This document shows, in pieces, positions 38,101 through 50,100 of a DNA stretch of 64,000 nucleotides. The first letter of the stretch is position 1. Every line of letters begins with the position of its first letter. Both the position numbers and the translations under genes were made by a program. The notes beneath the pieces were generated by a model that saw nothing but the letters and a program-made list of their open reading frames with translations, was not told the DNA's origin and ran no database searches. The stretch is from positions 1,178,001 to 1,242,000 of the forward strand of contig OZ251230.1 of the NCBI GenBank assembly GCA_965240325.2, written 5' to 3'. The stretch comes from Rebecca billardiae RCC1528. Taxonomy: Eukaryota; Protista; Haptophyta.

Positions 38101-41100
38101 CGCGCCCACCCACTTGGCGCGGTCGCCCGCGCGCACGCCGTAGCCGCTGAAGGCCACGGTCTCGGGCACGCCGACGACGACGCGCGAGAACGCGGGGCCG
38201 GCCACATCGTACACCTCGACGCGCATCGCGGCGTACAGCTTGTACGGCTCGCCCTCGAAGGCGTAACACAGGCGCAGCCCGCCGAGCTCGAGCTCGGTCG
38301 TCGCGCCAAAGGTGAATGCGGCCGTGCCGACGGCGGAGACGTTGCGCAAGCCGCCGCGCTCGTCGGCTGGAGCGGCGGTGGGGCACGCGTCCGCGCTCGC
38401 CGGCGCCCAGTACGCGCGGTCGCCCGCGCCCACGCCCACCCCCGCGAACGCGAACGTCTCCGCGACGCCGAGCACCGCGACCGTCGAGAGAGGCGCGCTC
38501 AGCCCGAGTGCGTCCAGCAGCATCGGCTCGGCGGTCGACGGGCCGTACAGCTTGGCGGGCTTGGTGGCGAAGGCGTAGCAGAGCTGCCACTGCAGCCCAG
38601 CCGTGGTGAACGTGACGACGACCGCGCCGTCGCTCGAGACGGCGTACCCCGTCTCCGAGCCGAGCGCGCAGTCCGTCGCGTCCGCACGCACCCACCACGC
38701 GACGTCGCCCGCGCCGACGCCCACGCCGGAGAAGGCGAGCTGCTCGGGCACGTCCACGACGACGGTCGAGCGCGCCGGGCCGAGGATCTGGCGCGTGCGC
38801 AGCACGATGGCCGGGTAGTGCGCCCACGCCTCGGCCGCGTGCCGGAAGCACAGCGCGAGCGCGCCCGAGGGCGCGGCGGCGAGCAGCGTGAACGTGACGA
38901 CGCCGCCCGCCGTCACGTTGAGCTCGCCGCCGTACGCGGCGCGCGCGCCGCCCGCCGCGCACTCGGCGGCGGCTTCGACCCAGAAGGCGCCGTCGCCGGC
39001 CTGGACGCCGACGCCGGCGAAGACGACGGTCTCGCTCACGTTCACCACCGCCACGCTCTCCGCGGGCGCCTGCACCTGCGCGGCGCGCAGTCTGATCGCC
39101 TCGTACGGCGCCCACGGCTCTTGCGCGTGCTCATAGCACAAACGCAGCTCCGCGTGCGGTTGGCTGAAGAGGAAGGTGGCCGAGCCGTTGGTGACGGGCT
39201 GCGCGCCGCCGTACGCGTCGAGCGGCTCGGCCTCGCACGCGAGGCTCGCGCCCTCCACCAGCGGCACCCACTTGGCGAGGTCGCCGTCCTCCAGCCCGAC
39301 CACGCCAAACGCGACGGCCTCGGGCACGCCCACGACCGCGAGCGTGTACGACGGCTCGGTCACCTGCAGCGCGTCGAGCGTGATCGCGTCGGCGGTGCCC
39401 GCGGCGTAGAGCCGGAACGGCCGGCTGCCGAAGGCAAAGCACAGCTGCAAGCCGAGCGCGGCCGCCTCGAGCGTGAACTCGGCGCGCCCCGCGGCGAGCG
39501 GCAGCGCGCCGCCGTGCGCGTACGGCGGCGCGTTGCAGTCGGCCGCGTCGGGCGCGACCCACTTGGCGCGGTCGCCGTCGGCGAGGCCGTGGCCCACGAA
39601 CACGATCGTCTCGGCGACGCCCACGACCACCTGCGTGAACGCGGGCGCGCGCACCGCGTACACGTCGAGCTGCACGCCGCCGAACAGCGCAAACGGCTCG
39701 TCGCCAAACGCATAGCACAAGACGTGCCGCCCGAGCGGCGTCGGCGCGTCGAGGCTGAACGTGGCGTTGGCGCCGAGCACGGGCTGCACGCCGCCGCGCG
39801 CGGCGGACGGCGGCGCGGCGGCGCACGAGGGCGTGCCCGCCGGCGCCCAGTACGCGCGGTCGCCGTCGGCCAGCCCGACGCCACCGAACGCCACGCGCTC
39901 CGCCACGCCCGCCACGGCGACGCTGAGCGCGGGCGCGCTCACCTGCAGCACGTCCAGACCGAGCGCGCCGTACAGCCGGAACGGCTTGGAGGCGAACTGG
40001 TAGCACAACCGCAGCCCGAGCGCGGGCTCGCTGAAGGTGAAGTTGGCGCCGCCGCGCGGCACCGCCTGCACGCCGCCGCCCGCCGCGGCCGCGGCCGCGT
40101 CGCACGCCGTCGCGGCCGCGTCCGCCCAGAAGGCTCGGTCCGAGTCGGACGCGCCCACCGCGTCGAACGAGATCGGCTCGAGCGCGCCCACGGCGGCGAC
40201 GGTGCTCGCCGGGCCGAGCACGTGCAGCGTGCGCAGCGCGATGGCGGCGTAGTGCGCCCACGGCTCCGCCCCGAACCGGTAGCACGCCGAGAGCGCGCCC
40301 GAGGGCGCGGGCGCGAGCAGCGTGAACGTGACGACGCCGCCCGCCGTCACGTTGAGCGCGCCGCCGTACTCGGCGCGCGCGCCGCCCTCGGCGCAGCCCG
40401 AGCCCGCCTCGACCCAGAACGCGCCGTCGGGCTGCTCGCCGGCGCCCACTCCGACGCCGGTGAAGCCCACGCTCTCCTCCGCGCCCACCACCGCGCGCGA
40501 CTCCGCGGGGCCGCCCAACGCGTACGCGGACAGGCGCAGCGCGGGGTACAGCTTGAAGGCGGCCGCGCCGTGCGCAAAGCAGAGCTGCAGGCCCAGCCGC
40601 GGCGCGCCGAGGACGAAGGTGGCGGTGGCGGCGGCGTCGAGCACCGCCTCGGCGCTCGCGTCGTCCGCCGCGTCGGCGCAGCCCGCCGCGCCCGGCGCCA
40701 CCCACTTGGCGCGGTCGCCCGCCCGCAGGCCGACGCCCGCAAACGCGAGCAGCTCGGACGCGCCGACGACGGCGACCGTGGCCGCGGGGCCGGTGACCGC
40801 GCGCACGATGAGCGTGTGGTCGGCGTACCGCGCGAACGGCTGCGCGCCGAAGGCGTAGCACAGCGCGAGCGCCGCCGCGCCCGCGGTGGGCACGAACGAC
40901 GCGCCCACCGGCTGCACGCCGCCGTACGCCGCGAGCGGCGCGCGCGCGCAGCTGCTGTCCGAAGCGGGCACCCAGTACGCGCGGTCAGCGCCGCTCACGC
41001 CCGGGCCGCTCACGTTGAGCGCGACGCTCGCGCCGACGACCGTGTCGAGCGCGAGCGGTCCGGAGTCCAGGCCGTACACGCTCAGCGTGATCCCCGCGTA

Positions 41101-44100
41101 CAGCGCGAACGGCTGGTCGCGGAAGCGAAAACACAGCCGAAGCGCGGACGCCGTCTGCGCAAACGTGAAGAGCGCGCGCGAGCCGACGAGGGTCTGCTCG
41201 CCGCCGAGCGCGGCCGACGGCGCGGCGGCGTCGCAGTCGGGCGCGGAGGCGTCGACCCAGTACGCGCCGTCGCCCGTGGCGACGCCGACGCCGCCGAAGC
41301 CCACGCGCGCCTCGACGCCCGCCACCGCCACGGCGCGGCTCGCCGAGCTCAGCTCGAACACGTCGAGCAGGAAGAGCGGCTCGAGGCGCCACTCGGCCGC
41401 GCCGCCCGGGTTGAAGTAGCAGAAGCGGTAGCCGTACCCGGATGCGTCCAAGGTGAGGCTGGCGCGCAGCTCGGCGCCGAGCGTGGCCTCGCCGCCCAGC
41501 TCGGGCAGCGCGTCGGCTGCGCAGTCGGTGCCCGCGCTGCCGCCGTTGGGCACCCACTTGAGCACGCTGCCCTCGCCCAGCCACGGCACGTCGGAGAAGT
41601 CGAGGCTGGTGGGCACGGCGCGCACGGCGATGAACGAGGTCACGTTCTCCGAGCGCTTGGGCGGCGGCGGGCTGGGCGGCGGCGGGCTGGGCGGCAGCGG
41701 GCTGGGCGGCGGCGGGCTGGGCGGTAGAGGGCTCGGCGGCGGCGGGCTGGGCGGCGGCGGCGGGTTTGGCGGCGGCGGGCTGGGCGGTGGAGGTGGGCTC
41801 GGAGGCGGTGGTCTCGGCGGCGGAGGTGGGCTTGGCGGCGGCGGGCTCGGTGGCGGCGGCGGGCTCGGCGGCAGCGGGCTCGGCGGCGGCGGCGAGCCCG
41901 GCGGCGACGGCGAGGGCGGCGGCGGCGGCGACTCGTACGCGCACGCACCGTCGGGCTCGTAGCTCGCGTCCAGCGCGTAGTTGGACGCGCCCGTGTCCAT
42001 GCAGCCCACGCGCAACACCGCCGGCGGCTCCACGAGCTCGAGGCCGATCGCCGCGCTCGCGTCCGCGCGCGTCAGGTTGGCCAGTGCCGCCTCCAGCTCG
42101 AGCGGCCCGTGCGCGGCGCGCTGGAAGACGCGCACGACGACCGAGGTGGACGACGGCTTGAACTCGACCACCTCCATGCTGACCGCGGGCACGCCCGTGA
42201 GCGCCTCGAGCCCGCCCAGCAGCTCCGCCTGCGCGGCGGCGCCAAAGTCGGAGACGTCCATGCTGAGGCGCAGCGCGAGGTAGCTCTCGCGGCCGGGCGG
42301 CGGGGGCGGCGCGGCCGGGGGCGTCGAGGGTGGCGGCGGCGGCGGGTGCGAGGGCGGGGCGGGCGGTGGGAACGGCTCCACGCGCGGCGGCGGCGGCGCC
42401 GCCGGAGGTGGCGTCGGCGGGGTGGGGGGCGGGGGCGGCGGGTGCGCGGGCGGCGGCGGCGACGGTGACGGCGGCGGCGGCTGCCTTGGTGGCGGTGGCG
42501 GCGCGCGGGGAGGAGGTGCCGGCGGCGGCGATGGCGGGGGCGCTGGCGGCGCGCGTGGCGGCGGGCTGGGGGGCGGCAGAGGCGGCGGGCTGGGCGGCGG
42601 GCGCGGTGGCTGCGTGGGTGGTGGGCTTGGCGGCGGGCTCGGCGGTGGGCTTGGCGGCGCGGCGGGTGGCGGCGACGGCGGCGGGCTCGGCGGCGGGCGC
42701 GGGGGCGGCGAGGGCGGTGGGGTCGGCGGCGGGCTGGGCGGAGGCGTCGGGTCGGGAGAAGGCGGTGGCGAGGGCGGCGGCAAGGGCGGTGGGGTCGGCG
42801 GCGGGCTGGGCGGCGGTGCGGGCGGCGGGCTCGGAGGGGGCTGCGGCGGGGGCGAGGGCGGCGGGCTGGGCGGCGGCCTGGGCGGCGGGCTGGGCGGCGG
42901 GCTCGGCGGCGGCGTCGGTGGTGGACTCGGCGGCGGCGCCGGCGGAGGTGATGGCGGCAAGCTCGGCGGCGGGCTGGGTGGCGGGCGTGGCGGTGGGCTC
43001 GGCGGCGGGCTCGGTGGCGGCGACGGCGGGGGCGAGGGCGGCGGCGAAGGTGGTAGGCTCGGCGGCGGCGATGGCGGCGGCGATGGCGGTGGAGATGGCG
43101 GAGGGCTCGGCGGAGGCGATGGCGGCGTCATCGGCGGTGGAGAGGGTGGCGGGCTCGGCGGCGGGCTCGGCGGCGGCAGGGGGGGCGGGCTCGGCGGAGG
43201 GGAGGGCGGCGCGGTCGGGGGCGGCGGGCTGGGCGGCGGGCTGGGCGGCGGGGACGGTGGCGGCGACGGGGGAGGGCTGGGAGGTGGCGGGCTGGGCGGT
43301 GGCCTTGGCGGCGGAGACGGCGGCGGCGACGGTGGCGGACGCGGCGGCGGTGGGCTCGGTGGCGGTGATGGCGGCGGCGACGGAGGGCGTGCCGGCGGTG
43401 GGGATGGCGGAGGCGCTGGCGGCGGCGAAGGCGGGGGGCTTGGCGGCGGGAGCGGCGGCGGTGGGCTTGGGGGCGGCGATGGCGGTGGGCTCGGCGGCGG
43501 GCGCGGTGGCGAGGACGGCGGCGGTGGGCTCGGCGGCGGCGACGGCGGCGGAAACGGCGGCGGGCTGGGCGGCGGGCTGGGCGGCGGCGGACTCGGCGGC
43601 GGCGACGGCGGCGGACTTGGTGGCGGGCTTGGTGGCGGGCTCGGCGGCGGAGGGCTTGGCGGCGGAAACGGTGGCGGCGATGGCGGCGGGCTCGGTGGCG
43701 GGCTTGGCGGTGGCGACGGAGGGGGCAGTGGTGGCGGGCTTGGTGGCGGCGATGGCGGCGGCGGGCTTGGAGGTGGCATCGGTGGTGGGCTTGGCGGAGG
43801 GCTGGGCGGCGGCACTGGCGGTGGGCTGGGAGGCGGTGAGGGTGGCGGGCTTGGCGGCGGGCTCGGAGGCGGCGGGCTCGGTGGCGGGCTCGGTGGCGGT
43901 GAAGGCGGCGGTGCTGGCGGCGGGCTTGGCGGCGGAGGGCTGGGGGGCGGCGAGGGCGGCGGGAAGGGCGGTGGGAAGGGCGGCGGAGCTGGCGGCGGCG
44001 GGCTCGGCGGCGGGCTCGGCGGAGGCGACGGCGGCGGGCTAGGTGGCGGGCTTGGTGGCGGGGGACTCGGCGGGGGTGAAGGCGGCGGGCTGGGCGGCGG

Positions 44101-47100
44101 GCTGGGCGGCGGGCTGGGCGGCGGCGGGCTAGGTGGCGGGAGTGGCGGTGGTGATGGCGGCGGGCTCGGGGGCGGGCGTGGTGGCGGGGATGGCGGCGGC
44201 TGCGGTGGCGGCGAGGGCGGCGGGCTGGGCGGTGGCGAGGGCGGTGGATGGGGCGGCGGGCTGGGCGGCGGAGAGGGCGGCGGTGGCGACGGTGGCGGCG
44301 AGGGCGGTGCAGACGGTGGCGGGCTTGGCGGCGGGCTGGGCGGTGGTGGGCTGGGTGGTGGCGTGGGCGGCGGCGACGGCGGCGGGCTGGGCGGCGGACT
44401 CGGCGGCGGGCTTGGCGGCGGTGCTGGCGGCGGGCTTGGCGGCGGGCTCGGGGGCGGGGGGCTCGGAGGCGGTGACGGGGGAGGCTGGGGTGGCGGGCTG
44501 GGCGGCGGGCTCGGTGGCGGTGGGCTCGGTGGTGGGCTTGGTGGCGGCGATGGTGGCGGGCTTGGCGGTGGAGAGGGCGGCGGCGGGCTGGGTGGCGGTG
44601 CAGGCGGCGGAGACGGCGGCGGGCTTGGCGGCGGGCTCGGTGGCGGCGGGCTCGGCGGCGGGCTCGGCGGTGGCACTGGCGGTGGGCTTGGTGGCGGACT
44701 CGGCGGCGGCGGGCTTGGCGGTGGTGACGGCGGGGGGCTGGGGGGCGGGCTTGGCGGAGGGCTCGGCGGCGGCGGGCTCGGCGGCGGTGAGGGGGGTGGC
44801 GATGGCGGCGGGCTGGGGGGTGGGCTCGGGGGAGGTGGGCTTGGCGGCGGGCTTGGCGGAGGCGACGGGGGCGGGCTTGGTGGCGGCGAGGGCGGCGGTG
44901 GACTTGGCGGCGGCGCGGGTGGTGGCGACGGCGGTGGGCTTGGTGGAGGGCTGGGTGGCGGCGGGCTCGGAGGTGGCGATGGCGGTGGAGCCGGCGGAGG
45001 ACTCGGCGGTGGCGATGGCGGTGGCGGCGATGGCGGTGGCGATGGCGGTGGCTGCGGTGGCGGACTGGGTGGCGGGCTCGGCGGCGGCGACGGCGGTGGC
45101 GATGGAGGCGGGCTCGGAGGTGGGCTTGGCGGTGGTGGACTCGGCGGCGGTTTTGGCGGTGGCGAGGGCGGCGGCGACGGTGGCGGACTTGGCGGCGGCG
45201 GGCTGGGTGGCGGCGATGGAGGCGGTGATGGCGGCGGCGATGGTGGCGGACTGGGTGGCGGAGGGCTCGGGGGCGGTGATGGAGGTGGGCTCGGCGGCGG
45301 GCTCGGCGGCGGGCTGGGTGGCGGCGGGCTCGGTGGCGGGCTCGGCGGTGGGGAGGGCGGCGGGCTCGGTGGTGGTGAGGGTGGCGGCGGGCTTGGCGGT
45401 GGTGCTGGCGGCGGCGACGGGGGCGGTGAGGGCGGCGGGCTCGGAGGCGGTGGGCTTGGCGGCGGTGATGGCGGTGGAGAAGGTGGCGGGGAGGGTGGCG
45501 GGCTCGGGGGCGGCGGGCTTGGTGGTGGCGATGGCGGCGGTGACGGAGGCGGAGACGGCGGCGGGCTGGGAGGAGGTGGGCTCGGCGGTGGGCTTGGCGG
45601 CGGTATGGGCGGGGGGCTTGGTGGTGGGCTCGGAGGCGGCGGACTGGGAGGTGGTGACGGCGGCGGGGAGGGCGGTGGGCTTGGTGGTGGCGAAGGTGGT
45701 GGAGGGCTGGGCGGCGGGCTCGGCGGTGGGCTAGGGGGCGGGCTCGGCGGCGGCGAGGGCGGGGGTGGACTCGGAGGGGGCGACGGTGGCGGCGACGGTG
45801 GCGGGCTCGGTGGCGGGCTCGGTGGTGGTGGGCTAGGCGGCGGCGACGGGGGCGGCGATGGCGGCGGCGACGGCGGCGGGCTGGGCGGCGGCGGGCTTGG
45901 CGGTGGCGACGGCGGTGGCGATGGTGGCGGGCTCGGTGGCGGGCTCGGTGGCGGCGGACTCGGCGGCGGCGATGGCGGAGGGCTCGGCGGTGGGCTCGGT
46001 GGTGGGCTCGGTGGCGGTGGGCTGGGCGGTGGTGATGGCGGCGGCGATGGTGGCGGGCTTGGCGGTGGCGACGGTGGCGGCGGGCTCGGCGGCGGTGACG
46101 GCGGCGGCGATGGAGGCGGGCTGGGCGGTGGGCTGGGCGGTGGCGGGCTGGGCGGCGGGCTCGGGGGCGGACTCGGGGGCGGGCTGGGCGGTGGGCTGGG
46201 TGGTGGACTGGGCGGTGGGCTCGGCGGCGGGCTCGGCGGCGGGCTGGGCGGCGGCGGGCTCGGCGGTGGCGACGGCGGTGGCGATGGTGGCGGGCTCGGC
46301 GGCGGGCTCGGCGGCGGCGGACTCGGCGGCGGCGATGGCGGTGGCGATGGCGGAGGGCTCGGTGGTGGGCTCGGTGGCGGTGGACTGGGCGGTGGCGATG
46401 GCGGCGGCGATGGTGGTGGGCTAGGCGGAGGCGAGGGCGGTGGTGGGCTGGGCGGCGGCGACGGTGGAGGCGATGGTGGCGGGCTCGGCGGTGGGCTGGG
46501 CGGTGGCGGGCTGGGCGGTGGGTTTGGTGGCGGACTCGGCGGCGGGCTGGGCGGTGGGCTGGGTGGCGGCGGGCTGGGCGGTGGCGAGGGTGGTGGTGAC
46601 GGTGGTGGACTCGGTGGGGGACTGGGGGGTGGCGGGCTGGGCGGCGGGCTCGGGGGCGGACTCGGGGGCGGGCTGGGCGGTGGGCTGGGTGGTGGACTGG
46701 GCGGTGGGCTCGGCGGCGGGCTGGGCGGCGGGCTGGGCGGCGGCGGGCTCGGCGGTGGTGACGGCGGTGGCGATGGTGGCGGGCTCGGCGGAGGCGAGGG
46801 CGGTGGTGGGCTGGGCGGCGGCGATGGCGGTGGCGATGGCGGAGGGCTCGGTGGTGGGCTCGGTGGCGGTGGGCTGGGCGGTGGTGATGGCGGCGGTGAT
46901 GGTGGCGGGCTTGGCGGTGGCGACGGTGGCGGCGGGCTTGGCGGCGGAGACGGCGGCGGCGATGGTGGTGGGCTGGGCGGTGGGCTGGGCGGTGGCGGGC
47001 TGGGCGGCGGGCTCGGGGGCGGACTCGGGGGCGGGCTGGGCGGTGGGCTGGGTGGTGGACTGGGCGGTGGGCTCGGCGGCGGGCTGGGCGGCGGGCTGGG

Positions 47101-50100
47101 CGGCGGCGGGCTCGGCGGTGGCGACGGCGGTGGCGATGGTGGCGGGCTCGGCGGCGGGCTCGGTGGCGGCGGACTTGGCGGCGGCGATGGCGGAGGGCTC
47201 GGCGGTGGGCTCGGTGGTGGGCTCGGTGGCGGTGGGCTGGGCGGTGGTGATGGCGGCGGTGATGGTGGTGGGCTTGGCGGTGGCGACGGTGGCGGCGGGC
47301 TCGGCGGCGGTGACGGCGGCGGCGATGGAGGCGGGCTGGGCGGTGGGCTGGGCGGTGGCGGGCTGGGTGGCGGGCTCGGGGGCGGGCTCGGGGGCGGGCT
47401 GGGCGGTGGGCTGGGTGGTGGACTGGGCGGTGGGCTCGGCGGCGGGCTGGGCGGCGGGCTGGGCGGCGGCGGGCTCGGCGGTGGCGACGGCGGTGGCGAT
47501 GGTGGCGGGCTCGGCGGCGGGCTCGGTGGCGGCGGACTCGGCGGCGGCGATGGCGGTGGCGATGGCGGAGGGCTCGGTGGTGGGCTCGGTGGCGGTGGGC
47601 TGGGCGGTGGTGATGGCGGCGGTGATGGTGGTGGGCTTGGCGGTGGCGACGGTGGCGGCGGGCTCGGCGGCGGTGACGGCGGCGGCGATGGAGGCGGGCT
47701 GGGCGGTGGGCTGGGCGGTGGCGGGCTGGGCGGCGGGCTCGGGGGCGGACTCGGGGGCGGGCTGGGCGGTGGGCTGGGTGGTGGACTGGGCGGTGGGCTC
47801 GGCGGCGGGCTGGGCGGCGGGCTGGGCGGCGGCGGGCTCGGCGGTGGCGACGGCGGTGGCGATGGTGGCGGGCTCGGCGGCGGGCTCGGTGGCGGCGGAC
47901 TCGGCGGCGGCGATGGCGGAGGGCTCGGCGGTGGGCTCGGTGGTGGGCTCGGTGGCGGTGGGCTGGGCGGTGGTGATGGCGGCGGTGATGGTGGTGGGCT
48001 TGGCGGTGGCGACGGTGGCGGCGGGCTCGGCGGCGGTGACGGCGGCGGCAATGGAGGCGGGCTGGGCGGTGGGCTGGGCGGTGGCGGGCTGGGTGGCGGG
48101 CTCGGGGGCGGGCTCGGGGGCGGGCTGGGCGGTGGGCTGGGTGGTGGACTGGGCGGTGGGCTCGGCGGCGGGCTGGGCGGCGGGCTGGGCGGCGGCGGGC
48201 TCGGCGGTGGCGACGGCGGTGGCGATGGTGGCGGGCTCGGCGGCGGGCTCGGTGGCGGCGGACTCGGCGGCGGCGATGGCGGTGGCGATGGCGGAGGGCT
48301 CGGTGGTGGGCTCGGTGGCGGTGGGCTGGGCGGTGGTGATGGCGGCGGTGATGGTGGTGGGCTTGGCGGTGGCGACGGTGGCGGCGGGCTCGGCGGTGGT
48401 GACGGCGGCGGCGATGGAGGCGGGCTGGGCGGTGGGCTGGGCGGTGGCGGGCTGGGCGGCGGGCTCGGGGGCGGACTCGGGGGCGGGCTGGGCGGTGGGC
48501 TGGGTGGTGGACTGGGCGGCGGGCTCGGCGGCGGGCTGGGCGGCGGGCTGGGCGGCGGCGGGCTCGGCGGTGGCGACGGCGGTGGCGATGGTGGCGGGCT
48601 CGGCGGCGGGCTCGGTGGCGGCGGACTCGGCGGCGGCGATGGCGGTGGCGATGGTGGAGGGCTCGGCGGTGGGCTCGGTGGCGGTGGACTGGGCGGTGGC
48701 GATGGCGGCGGTGACGGTGGTGGGCTCGGCGGAGGCGAGGGCGGTGGTGGGCTGGGCGGCGGCGACGGTGGAGGCGATGGTGGCGGGCTGGGTGGCGGGC
48801 TTGGTGGTGGCGGGCTGGGCGGTGGGTTTGGTGGTGGGCTCGGTGGCGGGCTGGGCGGTGGGCTGGGTGGCGGCGGGCTGGGCGGCGGCGAGGGTGGTGG
48901 TGACGGTGGTGGACTCGGTGGGGGACTGGGGGGTGGCGGGCTCGGTGGTGGCGACGGGGGCGGAGACGGCGGTGGCGACGGCGGCGGGCTAGGGGGCGGC
49001 GGGCTAGGTGGTGGTGACGGTGGCGGCGACGGTGGCGGGCTCGGCGGAGGCGAGGGCGGTGGTGGGCTCGGCGGTGGCGATGGCGGCGGCGACGGCGGTG
49101 GGCTTGGCGGCGGGCTAGGGGGTGGCGGGCTGGGCGGTGGTGATGGCGGCGGCGATGGTGGTGGGCTTGGCGGTGGCGACGGTGGCGGCGGGCTCGGCGG
49201 CGGAGACGGCGGCGGCGATGGTGGTGGGCTGGGCGGTGGGCTGGGCGGTGGCGGGCTGGGCGGCGGGCTCGGCGGCGGACTCGGGGGCGGGCTGGGCGGT
49301 GGGCTGGGTGGTGGACTGGGCGGTGGGCTCGGCGGTGGGCTGGGCGGCGGGCTGGGCGGCGGCGGGCTCGGCGGTGGCGACGGCGGTGGCGATGGTGGCG
49401 GGCTCGGCGGCGGGCTCGGTGGCGGCGGACTCGGCGGCGGCGATGGCGGAGGGCTCGGCGGTGGGCTCGGTGGTGGGCTCGGTGGCGGTGGGCTGGGCGG
49501 TGGTGATGGCGGCGGTGATGGTGGCGGGCTCGGCGGTGGTGACGGTGGCGGCGGGCTCGGCGGCGGTGACGGCGGCGGCGATGGAGGCGGGCTGGGCGGT
49601 GGGCTGGGCGGTGGCGGACTCGGTGGCGGGCTCGGCGGCGGACTCGGGGGCGGGCTGGGCGGCGGGCTTGGCGGTGGGCTTGGCGGTGGGCTCGGCGGCG
49701 GGCTGGGCGGCGGGCTGGGCGGCGGCGGGCTCGGCGGTGGCGACGGCGGTGGCGATGGTGGCGGGCTCGGCGGCGGGCTCGGCGGCGGCGGACTCGGCGG
49801 CGGCGATGGCGGTTGCGATGGCGGAGGGCTCGGTGGTGGGCTCGGTGGCGGTGGGCTGGGCGGTGGTGATGGCGGCGGCGATGGTGGTGGGCTCGGCGGC
49901 GGCGACGGTGGCGGCGGGCTCGGCGGCGGTGACGGCGGCGGCGACGGAGGTGGGCTGGGCGGTGGGCTTGGCGGTGGCGGGCTGGGCGGCGGACTCGGTG
50001 GCGGACTTGGTGGCGGGCTGGGCGGTGGGCTGGGTGGTGGGCTAGGCGGCGGGCTCGGCGGGGGTCTTGGCGGCGGCGAGGGCGGTGGCGCCGGTGGTGG

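Noticed and set aside
30013-41727. Long overlapping Arg/Ala-rich ORFs (e.g. 30013-33861, 33970-37521, 37684-41727, 29801-33007)
   Set aside because: Off-frame or antisense artefacts of very high GC3. No domain signatures.
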